Positions 31,051-42,210 of a DNA stretch of 64,000 bases are shown in pieces. The number at the start of each line of letters is the position of its first letter. The stretch's first letter is position 1. The stretch lies in IMG/VR virus record IMGVR_UViG_3300037882_001470; one strand, given 5' to 3'. Under the pieces are notes generated by a model. That model was not told the DNA's origin. It saw nothing but the letters and a program-made list of their open reading frames with translations, and made no database searches. The DNA comes from an uncultured virus (IMG/VR IMGVR_UViG_3300037882_001470) (lineage: Duplodnaviria > Heunggongvirae > Uroviricota > Caudoviricetes). The position numbers were made by a program, and so were the translations under genes.

Positions 31051-31926
31051 TCATATGTTTGCTGCGTCATATCGTTTGACGCAATCGCTTATAAGCCTTC
31101 GATGTTCTGCATTTGATAATTGCCCTGTGATCTTTACCGACGAAGCGCGACGAACATTTAGACCCGCGCGATGCAACCTGTCCGGGTCGCCTGGATTAAG
31201 ATCAGGCACCGCTATCCCTATAGTATCGTTGCGCGTATCCGCGGCGCGTAGCAACAGCGACATGTTGTAAACCTTGTCCTCGTCCAAATGATGGAAGCTT
31301 TCGCTGATACCAGTTGAGACGATGAAGTCCGACACGCCTAGAGCAACGTAATCGAGGACGTTATCGCAGGTCACCCCGCTCGCGATTGCAACCCGGCCCT
31401 CTGGCCCTGCGTATTCGCAAATCTTCCGTATCTTGTCCAAGTCCGGAGCGCTCCCAGTCGCAGGACCCGATGTAGTGATGGACGTCGTGTATTGTGCAGC
31501 TACCTCCACGGCGCGCTTCAGGTCTGCCGGCTGCGGTTGATACTTGAACGCCACGCTGCCGAACAGCTCTACGTTGTCTGGAACCGAAGCTCGGACCACA
31601 GGAGGCTCTTCGTAGTCGCCGTAGCACCCAATGTCGTCGCACCATATGGCCTGCGCGCGTGGAAACGCTGCATACATGTCACGCGCTGACACGTCGAGTG
31701 CGTTAACACCGACTGTCACATTCGGGTGCGGGTTGTCCATTATACCGTCGAGGTGCTGTTTTAGAATTGCAGCATTGCAACTGACAATGTCGTGGGAGAT
31801 CAGGAATACGCCCGCGGCCCCGTTGCTAATGGCCTTCAGATATTCCTCATATGTCCCGTCGTAGTCGCGACCTTTAACATGGATCGCCGGGAGGAGTCTC
31901 AATTGGTGTTTCGGTATTTTAATCAT
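31051..31926 (-). CDS. BtpA/SgcQ-family TIM-barrel protein
   Basis: VGVN.L, FGSVAFKYQ, TSGPATGSAP, IASGVT..NV and FIVSTGI motifs. Confidence 0.8.
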   Translation of the reverse strand: MIKIPKHQLRLLPAIHVKGRDYDGTYEEYLKAISNGAAGVFLISHDIVSCNAAILKQHLDGIMDNPHPNVTVGVNALDVSARDMYAAFPRAQAIWCDDIGCYGDYEEPPVVRASVPDNVELFGSVAFKYQPQPADLKRAVEVAAQYTTSITTSGPATGSAPDLDKIRKICEYAGPEGRVAIASGVTCDNVLDYVALGVSDFIVSTGISESFHHLDEDKVYNMSLLLRAADTRNDTIGIAVPDLNPGDPDRLHRAGLNVRRASSVKITGQLSNAEHRRLISDCVKRYDAANI

Positions 31927-31933
31927 CTTGTGT

Positions 31934-32266
31934 TTAGTCTGTTTTTAATCGCTTTTCGTTACGCTCTACCCAGTCGCCTACAGTGGTAACGCGAAAGTGC
32001 CCAGGGTGACCGCTGTAGTCCCCGCGTATATGCATCACTGTGAGCTTGTAAGAATCCCCGGTGTTACAATACGTCGCCACAATATCGCACCAGTAGCCGT
32101 TTTGCCATTCACCACGGATTGCTTCGGTGCCGCAAGTGCCGAGGAGCTTGTCGATACGTTCCAGACGCTTCTTTGGATTGACGTTTACCGTGCGACTTAG
32201 CGCCAGCCTACAAGCTTTGAGCGGGTCGGTCCGGTATAGGTCCTCGATGCTTATCCACTCACTCAT
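31934..32266 (-). CDS. Phage hypothetical protein
   Basis: ID.LLGT.G.EAI...Y.NTGDSY..T...VGD.VE motif. Confidence 0.8.
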   Translation of the reverse strand: MSEWISIEDLYRTDPLKACRLALSRTVNVNPKKRLERIDKLLGTCGTEAIRGEWQNGYWCDIVATYCNTGDSYKLTVMHIRGDYSGHPGHFRVTTVGDWVERNEKRLKTD

Positions 32267-33150
32267 CTTTAATCTTCTCAAATGTTGCGGCCCACTGCTC
32301 TGCGGTGAACTCACTGCCGTGTGCCGACAGAAGTCCCATGTTGTCGCGCAGTTCCTGTTGTAAATGCGCGATATGGTAATCTGCGAAATGTCGCACGACT
32401 TTCATAATGTCTTCGTGGTGCAGATACTTACCGGCGACAGATATACGCGGCACATAGAACGGACGTTTAATCGGCTGTAGGGGTGCCGCGGGTTTGGCTT
32501 CTTCGATCATGTAGTTTCACCTGCGACTGTTTCTTTCACGTCGAAGTATTTTCTGGCTCTGATACTGAACCCTAAATATTGCCCAATCGTAATGTGGTGG
32601 AATAACCCACGTTCCGGCGACTTCTTGTAACCTTCGACGCCCCCATACTTCGCTACTGACTTGTCCGGATTGCGAGGGGGATACAAGGGGCTACCCACTC
32701 CCTCTACATGCCCCATATATCGACTGTTTCGGACACAGCCGCCGTAAGTCGGATGCGTCCTCCCTGCAAAGATTCAACCGTCTCAGTAACATGTGACGGG
32801 TGCATTCCGGGTTGTAGTCTTGACGCTCCGCTCATCATGGTTTACGCACCGCTACAACTGCGTAGTCAGTCATTACGGAAGCGTGTGGTTCGAAATACTC
32901 CATGACCTCTACCAAACTCTCCCTCCAGAATATTCCAGTCTTTCCACCGTCATTGGATACCGTAAATATAAACCCGGGGATTATGCCATTGGTGACTGTC
33001 TGCTCTAGTCTCGCAATCGCCGGAGCCCTTTCTTTTAGATCCGAGCGTTCAGTCAGCGCACGTTTGAGGTTACGCTGGTTATCATGTGCAAGTCGCCATT
33101 TTCGGGTCTCTAGCTTGGAAAGTCGTAGTTGCTCTTTTAATTGTTCAATC

Positions 33151-33717
33151 TCACTTGCCATGTTGTTTTTGGGTTTCTAGGAATTCGTCGTTACGCATCC
33201 ATGCCCGGTGTTCCATTGAATATACACACCGCTGCGACTCAATCAGTGGGATAGAGTGCGTTGCTATAACCAACTGATTTCGGTTCTTCAACGCGGTTTT
33301 GATAACGTCGAGCAACGCATACTGACTCCGAACGGACAATCCACTTTCTGGCTCGTCCCACAGTATCATAGACCGCTTAAAAGCCTCCATCGCCTTTGCC
33401 ATCTTCAGCATTGCCTGCCCGTGGCTACACCACCGCAGTTGAAGCGTAGCCATAGCAGGTAACGGTGTGTCGTCGAGGCTGGCCGCAATTCTCGGGTTGT
33501 TCTTTTCAGTGTCGAAGTAACGTGTCTCCACGGGAGTCGGGCAGTCGGAGGTTAAATGCTTACCTCCTGTGTGGAGCTCGTACAGTAGTGTCGACTTGCC
33601 ACATCCTTGGTCTCCTACCAGCAACGTTACCGGTTTGAACCCTATGGACTCTCCTTTATTGAAGCACCGGTGGTTCTCGTTCCAGAGAATTGATCTCAGG
33701 TATATTGCGTGCGTCAC
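33151..33717 (-). CDS. Stand-alone ABC-type ATPase (AAA_21/COG3910-like)
   Basis: Walker A GDQGCGKST, SHGQ signature, Walker B WDEPE, H-loop IATHS. Confidence 0.9.
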   Translation of the reverse strand: MTHAIYLRSILWNENHRCFNKGESIGFKPVTLLVGDQGCGKSTLLYELHTGGKHLTSDCPTPVETRYFDTEKNNPRIAASLDDTPLPAMATLQLRWCSHGQAMLKMAKAMEAFKRSMILWDEPESGLSVRSQYALLDVIKTALKNRNQLVIATHSIPLIESQRCVYSMEHRAWMRNDEFLETQKQHGK

Positions 33718-34257
33718 GTCTTTGGTGGATTGTCGCCAAATCCGTCCAGCGGTGCAAACGTGTTCGCCAAGTCCGTTGTCAGTTCTTCCGTCTCCTTGTC
33801 ATACTCCTCGCGGATAACGCTCGCCATGACCCGCCAAGCTGCGGACTTCCGTGTCACCTCATAAGCACTCGCGTAAGCCCCGATGGAATCCAGCGCTTTT
33901 GTGACCGATACCTCCGTCTTACTTACGTGTTGGTTCTGCAACGTGATGCGACATTTCTTATGAAACACCGAGTCACAGACTACACAGATCTCAGTCCACC
34001 CGCGGTCAATGGGGTTCTGTAGTTTAATCGAGAACGGCGTGACCTCCGCGAAATCCCCAAGCCGCTTCTGCCCATTCGCCCTCACCGAACTTACCTCCAG
34101 TAGTTTCATCATACTCCACACCCGCATTACTGGAGCAAATTTCTCCAGCATTAGCGCCTCCTTCTCCTCCCTGTACATTCGGTAAGTTGTCCACCATAGA
34201 ACCGCAAGCAGCGTTGGTAACGTAGCAAACGCTGCCACCTTAAATTCTGCGCTCATA

Positions 34258-34629
34258 CTACGTCAGGAAGTTGAATACGCACACCAGCCAGATGAACACG
34301 AGATGCCATGCTTGATCCACGAACAGCGGACCCGCAGGCCACCTGTCCGGGGGTGTCTGGCGATAGAACATCATCCACTTGCGGTGAAGCTCGTAACGGT
34401 CCTGAAGCCAATGCTGGATGAGGATTAATGCTGTAGGTGCAGCACCAATCCCGGCAATGGCTGCGATAGGTGTCACGAACATGGTGTAAATTCCTACATG
34501 CGCACTGCAAGTATACGAACACTTGTTCTTATCTTGGTGCGAGTCGTTTTGAAACAGGAAATCTCCTGCGAGGTGCGCTATAAGGATCATGACGAACGCG
34601 GAGTTCGCCTCAATAAGTTGTTGAGTCAT
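34258..34629 (-). CDS. DUF3307 membrane protein (second copy)
   Basis: AHLAGDFLFQ, HV.IY, QHWLQD and DQAWH motifs. Confidence 0.85.
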   Translation of the reverse strand: MTQQLIEANSAFVMILIAHLAGDFLFQNDSHQDKNKCSYTCSAHVGIYTMFVTPIAAIAGIGAAPTALILIQHWLQDRYELHRKWMMFYRQTPPDRWPAGPLFVDQAWHLVFIWLVCVFNFLT

Positions 34630-34990
34630 TATGTAATAATCTTTCCACCAGCCTTCGTAATCGCGGCTTTAACCGCGTCAAGCTTGTCGTTTGGACACTC
34701 CACAGCGAGCATCGTAGTCGTTTGCATCTTACGCCATTTACGTATCGTGGCTTCGAAGTTTCTAGGCTCTTGGTAACCTTCCCCCTGCCATGTCACCTGT
34801 GCGTCGAAGTCTGTGGTGTTTATGACGTCGCCGGGCTTCTTGGCGATGTAGCCACCTTCGATGTCTTGCACATGTTTGCCTAAAACTCCCAATCACCTTC
34901 CAAATACCAATCACCGCGCTCTCCCACTCCGGTTACCTTGCCCCAGTCCGCAGACAGGAACTTGGCCAGTTCGTCAGTTGTTATTTTCAT
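34629..34990 (-). pseudogene. Frameshifted hypothetical gene
   Basis: MKITTDELAKF...DWEF* continues in the -1 frame near 34885 to ...KWRKMQTTT...KAGGKIIT. Confidence 0.6.
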
Positions 34991-35685
34991 TGTTCTATTT
35001 TGCTTTTACAATACGTTCGACCATATCGAAGTGCTGACTGTCCATTTCTGTCTGAACCGGGTCGAGTGCGTGTCCAAATAGCATCAGCCCTTCGTTGAAT
35101 TTACGAGATGCCCGCGCGAACGCTTTATACGTCGCGTAAATGTGGCGGTTTTCGATTACGTTTCGCAATGCCCGTTGGAGGTCTTCTGCCGTATACACGA
35201 TCGGAGGCATAAACGCTTCTTTCAGCTCCGCGCGCTCCCCTCTCATGTTCCAACTCCACGTATCCATACTAATCATTTCGTTTCGCGGACGTTGCCAGAA
35301 TCAACACGCCGAGAGCGAATATAATGCATGATATACCGTCCGTTATTACTTCCGCGTCGGTCTTCGGTAGCATATTGTTTTCGAAATGCGAGGTCGCGAT
35401 TCGTGTATAAATTACCGACAATAGGACGACGAAGCATCCGAGTAGTTTAGTTATCATTTGTTTACGATTTTGGAGTCCATCCAAGTTCTTTTGCGACCGC
35501 ATCAGCGACTTTTATTGCCGCTTCCTGCGTTGTAGGCGCTGTTGCACTACGGTGTATCCCGGCGGACCTTATTCCCAAGGTGCAGTAACATCCAGGTCCG
35601 AGTGGGTTTACGCTAAACTGCGCATCCATATCACCTTCGTTCGGGTAGCGTTCTGTCAGCCATCGAATAGATTCACATGCGTCTG

Positions 35686-36345
35686 TCATAGTTCAAGGTG
35701 AGCAAGCATCTCACACGCCGGACCTTTGTAAAAACGAATAGACTGCAAAAAGCTCTGGCGCTTTACTTCATGGCACGTGGTTGTTGAGTGCGTCGTAAAG
35801 GTATCGGGCGTGCTTAGCAGCCCTGCGTAATACAATAGGGTGTTGACCACCTGGTCCCTGATCGTAAGCCCCGAAGCCGTCCCACCGTACTGGAGATCGA
35901 ACCTACCGGAGTAGTGCTTCTGCTGTTTCTTTTTGTTCTCCCATGTGACTTTGAAATCACACTTATGGTAACTGCCGTCTATTGGCGCACTTTTACCCCA
36001 TCTCACAAGCTCCGCGTGGGCTTGAAATAGCGGGGCTATGTCCTGCAGTGAGTCTGATTCAAAGTCCGGGTTGTTCCAACGCTTGAAGACTACCGACTTA
36101 TGTCCGCCCTCTACGCGTGTCAATTCGACCTGTTTCTGTAGAATCGGACGCTCCGGCATAAGCACGCGAAACTCCATATCCGGGCCTTGTTCGCTAGACT
36201 TGTATAATGCGATGTCCAGTCCGTTGAACGGTTGCACACTCACAATCTTGCCCTGCGCCGGCTTTCGACACAGTCGGTCGCGGCTTACGTGGTGTCGCAT
36301 ATGGTCAAACACGACGTCGGCGTCGTTTACAACACTGGTTGTCAT
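35686..36345 (-). CDS. Hypothetical protein with LPD25-like motif
   Basis: GSYHKCDFKVTW....YSGRFDL (by eye). Confidence 0.5.
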   Translation of the reverse strand: MTTSVVNDADVVFDHMRHHVSRDRLCRKPAQGKIVSVQPFNGLDIALYKSSEQGPDMEFRVLMPERPILQKQVELTRVEGGHKSVVFKRWNNPDFESDSLQDIAPLFQAHAELVRWGKSAPIDGSYHKCDFKVTWENKKKQQKHYSGRFDLQYGGTASGLTIRDQVVNTLLYYAGLLSTPDTFTTHSTTTCHEVKRQSFLQSIRFYKGPACEMLAHLEL

Positions 36346-37739
36346 TTGTCAGATTTTTCACTCCAGAACCGAGTATGCGCAATACGCACGCATCGGTCCT
36401 GAAATTGAGCTCCGGAGTCTTTTGACCCTTCGGCTACCGTTGTATCCCACATATCTGGGTAATCGCTCAGAATACGTTTTGCAATCTTCAGCCTTCCGTT
36501 AGCATCCAGTGCCGGCATCTCAATGATTCGGTCAAGACGCCCTGGTCTGGATGACATACCGTCATGGCTCGCTACGCCCATGGCCGGGTCAATCGACTCT
36601 GGGTGGTTGGTGGTTATTCCCAGAAGAACACCATTCACTGACCCTGCCCCGTCCAATGTGTTCAATACGGCGTCGAATGTCAACCCACCGCCCTCTCGAC
36701 CTAGGACGTTCTCGCGACCCTTGAATACGCCGTCGAAGTCCTCAAACACGATCATACAGGGAGCGTTTGACGCGGCGCGTTGCCACATCTCTCCAAACTC
36801 CACGTTCGACATCATCGCGAGATCGAACACATACATCGGCATGTCCAGCATCTCGGCTATGGCTTTCAACAACGTCGTCTTACCGAGTCCTGGTTTGCTC
36901 CATAGCAATACGGATAACCTCCACGGGATGTCGCGTTCCAGAAACCACTTCTCCGATGTATACCACCTCCTACATTCCTCGACAAATTCGAGAACAGTTG
37001 GCGACAGTGCCATCAGATTGATACGCCCTTTAGTATTTGCGAACCCGAGGTCATCCGAAGTATCATGAAACATCCGAACCGCTGTCATCTTTATCCGTTC
37101 GTCAATTGGTGGTAGTTCTGCGGGCGTTGTAGGTTGCGCTGGTGCTCCTCGAGAATACCCGTAAATATCATTAGCGGTTTCCGCCGCTGTCTTCCGCATA
37201 TACATTTGACCAGTGAATGTAGTCACTGAAAATCTGCCTACGCGATGACTGTTAGACGAATCACGGAGTTTGGATTGAGCGCGATTCCATTCTACGGCTT
37301 TTGCCAGTATAACATCAATGTCCACAGTTCCGCGTATAAACTCCAGATGCCCGGAATCTCCGGTGGAGCTCGTAGCATTACTTGAGAGACTATTATTTCC
37401 GCCTACCGTATCTGAACCGAATAACAGTGGCCATCTTTTGATAAAGAACAAGTATCTGTATCGTGGCAGGACTTCTTGCATCGTAAACTCCAAACGTTCT
37501 GTGGACTTTAGCCTACTGTATTTACCGTCAATCGTCCGACGCGCCGACAAACATACACGCCTATGGTGGTGGTGCATCAAATACAGAAACGTCACCCATC
37601 TCACCGTGCTGTCGGCCACAGCCACCCGAACAATCACCAGCCCTCGTAAATACTCCCATACGCTTACTACCTGCCTCCAGCACGTTGCTACTACCGCAGC
37701 AACGCCTCCCAATGCCAACCAGTTATAGTTTTGTAACAT
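36342..37739 (-). CDS. Membrane-anchored AAA+ ATPase, BCS1-like
   Basis: N-terminal hydrophobic helix; IPWR...LL.SKPGLGKT, FEDFD, LN.LDG, TTNHPE.IDPA and RPGRLD motifs. Confidence 0.9.
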   Translation of the reverse strand: MLQNYNWLALGGVAAVVATCWRQVVSVWEYLRGLVIVRVAVADSTVRWVTFLYLMHHHHRRVCLSARRTIDGKYSRLKSTERLEFTMQEVLPRYRYLFFIKRWPLLFGSDTVGGNNSLSSNATSSTGDSGHLEFIRGTVDIDVILAKAVEWNRAQSKLRDSSNSHRVGRFSVTTFTGQMYMRKTAAETANDIYGYSRGAPAQPTTPAELPPIDERIKMTAVRMFHDTSDDLGFANTKGRINLMALSPTVLEFVEECRRWYTSEKWFLERDIPWRLSVLLWSKPGLGKTTLLKAIAEMLDMPMYVFDLAMMSNVEFGEMWQRAASNAPCMIVFEDFDGVFKGRENVLGREGGGLTFDAVLNTLDGAGSVNGVLLGITTNHPESIDPAMGVASHDGMSSRPGRLDRIIEMPALDANGRLKIAKRILSDYPDMWDTTVAEGSKDSGAQFQDRCVRIAHTRFWSEKSDK

Positions 37740-38419
37740 CTACTCCTTTCTTAATCTCGTCCTGCGTCCATACTACGCAGTGATCTCCGGGCTCGATGAA
37801 GCCTGGTTTCACGTCCCCATCTTTTTCCCGACGTAGTAGACGGGTTTGCGATGACAACATACACACATCATTCAGCCCGAAGTTTTTAGTGCCCAAAAAC
37901 CTGCAGAACTTACCGCAGGTGAAGTCTTTCGCACATGTAGGTAACCCTTCCTCGGTGACGTATGCCTTTACGTCGATCTGTTTATCTACCTCGACAACGG
38001 TGTTCATATGAACTGCGCGTAATCGTTCGGTTCTACCAGACGAGTAACCGCATGTCGCGGGAACACGTATACCCCGTTGACCTTATCGATGTAACAACCT
38101 CCGACGTCTGGGTCGACGTGCCAATGGGCCTTGTGTGCGACGTTGTATTGCCATTTCGCTTTAGGCTTGTGGTCTTGAACCAATACTGCGTATGGCGTAA
38201 CGATCACCCGCGCATTGAAGCACGCCTGACTACCTCCGTAGATAATCGACTGAACCGTCCATGAGTCGAGTCCCGGCAACCCGTCCGGCTTTCGCGGTTC
38301 CTCCAACAAATCAACGAGTCTATACAGCGCGTCATGTTCTGCGTCGTTCGAACTACCGTCTAGCGCCTCGCGCCCAGTCTGGATGGCACGCTTTAAGTCC
38401 GTCGTAAGCTCGATTGTGT

Positions 38420-38569
38420 TCACGGCAGCGAGAGCGGCAGCCCAGAGGCTTTAATCGATAGCGTTGGTGACGCCGTAACATTCACCGTCTTTGCCGTAAT
38501 CGTCGTGTGGCTGACGCAAGACGTCAGCGCGAGTAGCGGGAGGAGTAGGGTCAATTTGTAATTTTTCAT
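38420..38569 (-). CDS. 49-aa lipoprotein (not in track)
   Basis: MKNYKLTLLLPLLALTSC lipobox; overlaps both neighbours. Confidence 0.75.
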   Translation of the reverse strand: MKNYKLTLLLPLLALTSCVSHTTITAKTVNVTASPTLSIKASGLPLSLP

Positions 38570-39928
38570 ACTGGTTGTGTTCGCTCAATGGGTGCCTCTG
38601 GAAACCTTTCTTCAATCGTCGTAGTAATTTCCAGCAAGTCTTGTTCGACATTCTTCAATCCTATAAACACCTTACCGGCGACCTCCAATGCCTCCGGCCA
38701 ATGGGTGTTCAACTCGGCAATGCTCCTACGTGCCGAGTTAAGTGTTTCGAGTGCATTCGCAATAAACGCCGGGCGACTTTCGAGCTCCTGCACCATCCAT
38801 GACTTGTAGCGCTGTTCTGACTTCCGGCAGTGATCCCGCATACCCGTCGGAAGTTTACGTGTATTGAACCCGACACCACCATTGGTCCCGTCTTCATGAA
38901 TAGTGTGTTCACAGTCATCGCATAGAGACGCTCCGCACACGAATTGTCCGGTCTCATCACAGTCATGCGTTGCCGGCGCTCCACATGAACCACACAGCTT
39001 TTGATGGTCCGCGCAGCATCCGTTAATTGTCGCGGGCAGTTCGCATTTACCAATCCATGCACGATCCCACTTACACGTAGGGGTGTTGCTTAACAGAGTA
39101 TTGTCTCGGGACATATTACTTGTGCTCCTTTGGGAAGTATCGCTCATTGAAGTGCGAGCCTTTCATCGCTTTGGTCAGCTTCTTATACGTCTTTCGCGCT
39201 ATGGCTGGCGTTTTAGAAAACGCGGAAGGATTGGGGCACCCCTCCATGTGATCGATAGACGTAGCAATCGCTTCACGTATCCACCACAAGTCCGCTTTCG
39301 CGATATCAATCTTCATCCACGGAAGAAGGCGCCGGCAGGCATTCACCGCCCTCAGCACACGGAGGTTCCACGCACCACGTGCCGTAGATCGTGTCCATGT
39401 CGTCGAGGTCGAGGAGTTCCGTAACCCCATCCCGGCCCGTAAGCGCTTGCATGTCGTCGCCGGGAAATTCTTTGGCGTGCGTCTGCATCCATGCGAGTGC
39501 CTCTTCAGCGCTCATGTAAGGCTGGTGCTCCGCCGTAGGGTCTTGCTTAATTACTTCTGGGTGGCGAAGCACCCCGTCTTGCAGCTTTCCGATATGCACG
39601 ATAAACCCGCGGACTATTCCGTTTGGGCCTGTGGTATCTGTGTTTTTATTCGTGTTCATAATTGATTGTTCCTCTCTATTGCTTGTTACCAATACTCAAT
39701 GCGGGCAATTAGCCAAGCATTTAATTGGGATTGATGACATTTATTTGTCATCCAATTCGTTGAGACGCTGGATGATGTCTTGAATTTCCTCCCAGCGCTT
39801 TCGTCGTGGGCCGTTCGTCGCGCGCTTATCTAAAATGCTCTCTTCCCTATACGATAGAGAATCGAGTGAGGCGATCACAGCGGAAAGCGAGTCGCCGGAA
39901 AACTCAGGTTCTCCGAATGGTTTGAGCT

Positions 39929-40495
39929 TCATTCGACTTTCGTCAGCTCGACTAGATAGAAGACACCGTAATTTTGCTCGAACTCTGGACTATCGAACTC
40001 TACGAGCGCAAGCTCTGGGTTGTCTGCGTATGGGTATTCTGACACACGTCCGGGCGCGCCCTTTGAACAAATGCCAGACTGGTCCGTCTCACTTATTACT
40101 GCGTCTCCTTCCTTTATATCGTGGACGTTCTTGGGTGGGTAACTGACTGCACAACGTTCACTACCTTCTATGTGATCAGTGCTATTGCAATCATCACATA
40201 CCCGTGTCGCATCCGATGTGGCGCCTTCCAGCACCCTCGTCGCCTTTGCGATTGCCTCGTATCCAATACCGCCTTCATTGAATTCTGGTGCATCGTCCGA
40301 GAATACTCCGCTGTGATGCGCTGCCAGCTCCTTCAGGGCGAGGCGGGCCTCCTGCAGTGCCGTGACCAATGCGTCGTGGTTGTTCCAACGAATAACAAAC
40401 TCATTGGCGTTTACCTCACTTTCCAGCTTACAGAGAAACCCGCAAACATCGTGAATTTACCAAAAACCAGTCTCGTCGTTCGGGATAACCTTCAT
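39929..40495 (-). pseudogene. Gene interrupted by an in-frame TAA (40457-40459)
   Basis: MKVIPNDETGFW*IHDVCGFLC...NHDALVTAL... in one frame from a coupled ATG. Confidence 0.7.
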
Positions 40496-40826
40496 TGTAT
40501 TCCTTCCGGATTGTTGGCTTCGTCCAGTAGCTGTTCGAGCAACGTGATAACCGGAGGTTGTAGGTTCGGGTCGGAATCGACAAAGACGCCTTGTGAAAGG
40601 CGTAATTCCCGCAGCGCCGTCTCCATCCCAGCTACCAGCTTCGGAAGAATGTTCACGGCGTGGGTGATTAGCGCGGCGTCTGACTGCTCATAAGTATAGC
40701 ATACCTCTCGTTGTGGTTGTTGGGCTTTCGCGCCAGCATGTTGCGCTTTCACAGTAACACGGTGTGTCCCGGTATACACTGCATCCCATGGCAGTGGTGC
40801 ACATCTCGTGAATAGTTCTTTTAGAT

Positions 40827-41174
40827 TCATGATAGTGGTAAAACGTCCATCATTGCAACGGACGTGTCTTTCAAGGCGTGCGTCGTGTCCGATAGGAACT
40901 GCGCAACGCCGTCGTTCACAAACGTGTGGCATACGTAATCGCTGTCAGTAGCCTCATCATACCCTTGTGTCTTCACACTCGGATGTAGTGTCGGCTTCTC
41001 AGTGTCTCCGTTCCACGTCCAACACCCAGTGCCTTCTCGTGTGCCTTTTAGGATGAATGGCAGCACCTTAATGCCGCTTGGGCCGGGGAACATGATCGCG
41101 ACGTGCGTGGCTTGATCAGTGTTACACTCTACGTATCCTTCGCCTTTTACCAGCTTGCAGGGACGGGCTTTCAT
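40827..41174 (-). CDS. DUF6527 family protein
   Basis: WTWNGD..KPTL.PSV...CHTFV.DG...FLSD.TH. Confidence 0.8.
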   Translation of the reverse strand: MKARPCKLVKGEGYVECNTDQATHVAIMFPGPSGIKVLPFILKGTREGTGCWTWNGDTEKPTLHPSVKTQGYDEATDSDYVCHTFVNDGVAQFLSDTTHALKDTSVAMMDVLPLS

Positions 41175-41316
41175 TTCGACGGTTTCTTCGGGAGTTCCGT
41201 GATAACACACGCTCTGTGCTTACCGCATACCTCGCATTTACCGCGGTATCCTCTAAACACGATTGGGTCTCCGCCGAGGCAGGTTACACAAACCCGACCA
41301 TGCGTTGGCTTGCCGC

Positions 41317-41850
41317 TCATAGAATCGACGGGACAAGAGCGTAGTAGCGCTGAAGAAACGATTCCCGAGCGTTCTCTGGAGCCCATGGCTCGATGATAGT
41401 GACATTCGGCTCCACGCCGCGCAGGCAATACCACTCTTCGTCAGGTCCGTTTAACAGGTCCCGTCGCTCTGTAGCCAACATCACCATGTCCGCGTGCTTT
41501 ACGCAATCTGGTAGCTTTTCGTCCAACCCGAATTGATTCAGCACAACTTTCGTAACACGACGTTCGATATCCTTGTAGTCCGGGAGCAGGGCTTTCAGTG
41601 GACGTGGGATGTCCCCGATGAATGCCTCTGGGGCGTCGTGCATCAACGCCGCAAATGCGAACTCTTCAGGGACAATATAGCTCGCCAGAACAGAGTGCTG
41701 TGCGACGGAGTAGAACGTCTTACAGTGACCGCCGAAACGGCAGATGTTTGCGAGCGCGTGTGCGATGTCGTAGATCGTAAACTTGGAGTTTTGTGGTTCG
41801 ATAAAGTCGAAATACGTTCCTCCGGCAATTAAGATACTTGGATGTTCCAT
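41317..41850 (-). CDS. HD-domain phosphohydrolase (YfdR/YfbR-like 5'-deoxynucleotidase)
   Basis: DIAHAL..ICRF.GH...YSVAQHS...LMHDAPEAFIGDIP.P.K...VK.AD. Confidence 0.92.
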   Translation of the reverse strand: MEHPSILIAGGTYFDFIEPQNSKFTIYDIAHALANICRFGGHCKTFYSVAQHSVLASYIVPEEFAFAALMHDAPEAFIGDIPRPLKALLPDYKDIERRVTKVVLNQFGLDEKLPDCVKHADMVMLATERRDLLNGPDEEWYCLRGVEPNVTIIEPWAPENARESFLQRYYALVPSIL

Positions 41851-42210
41851 TGTGTTATTTGTCTCCTCTTTCATCGCTGATACGAAGTAACGCGCGACGC
41901 TTTGCTGCGAGGATACGTCGTTTCATTTTGAGTCCCATACGAGGTGACGGCTCAATAGTTTCAGGGTCTATTTCGCGTGAGATCTTATCGGACATCTTCC
42001 GTGCCTGCCCTTGAGCGTTCAGGTAGTAGAAACTGCCTCTACCACATTTAGGACAAGTCGCAGTTTGTCCGCAAGTCCAACCAGGGTTGTCGCCCCATAC
42101 GTATTCACTGGTTGTCAGAACATACCCGCACTTGGACTTCGAGCACTGTACAAGTTCTACCAACTCCTTCGGGGGTTCAGTATTTTCTTTAGTTTCCATA
42201 CTATCGCCAA

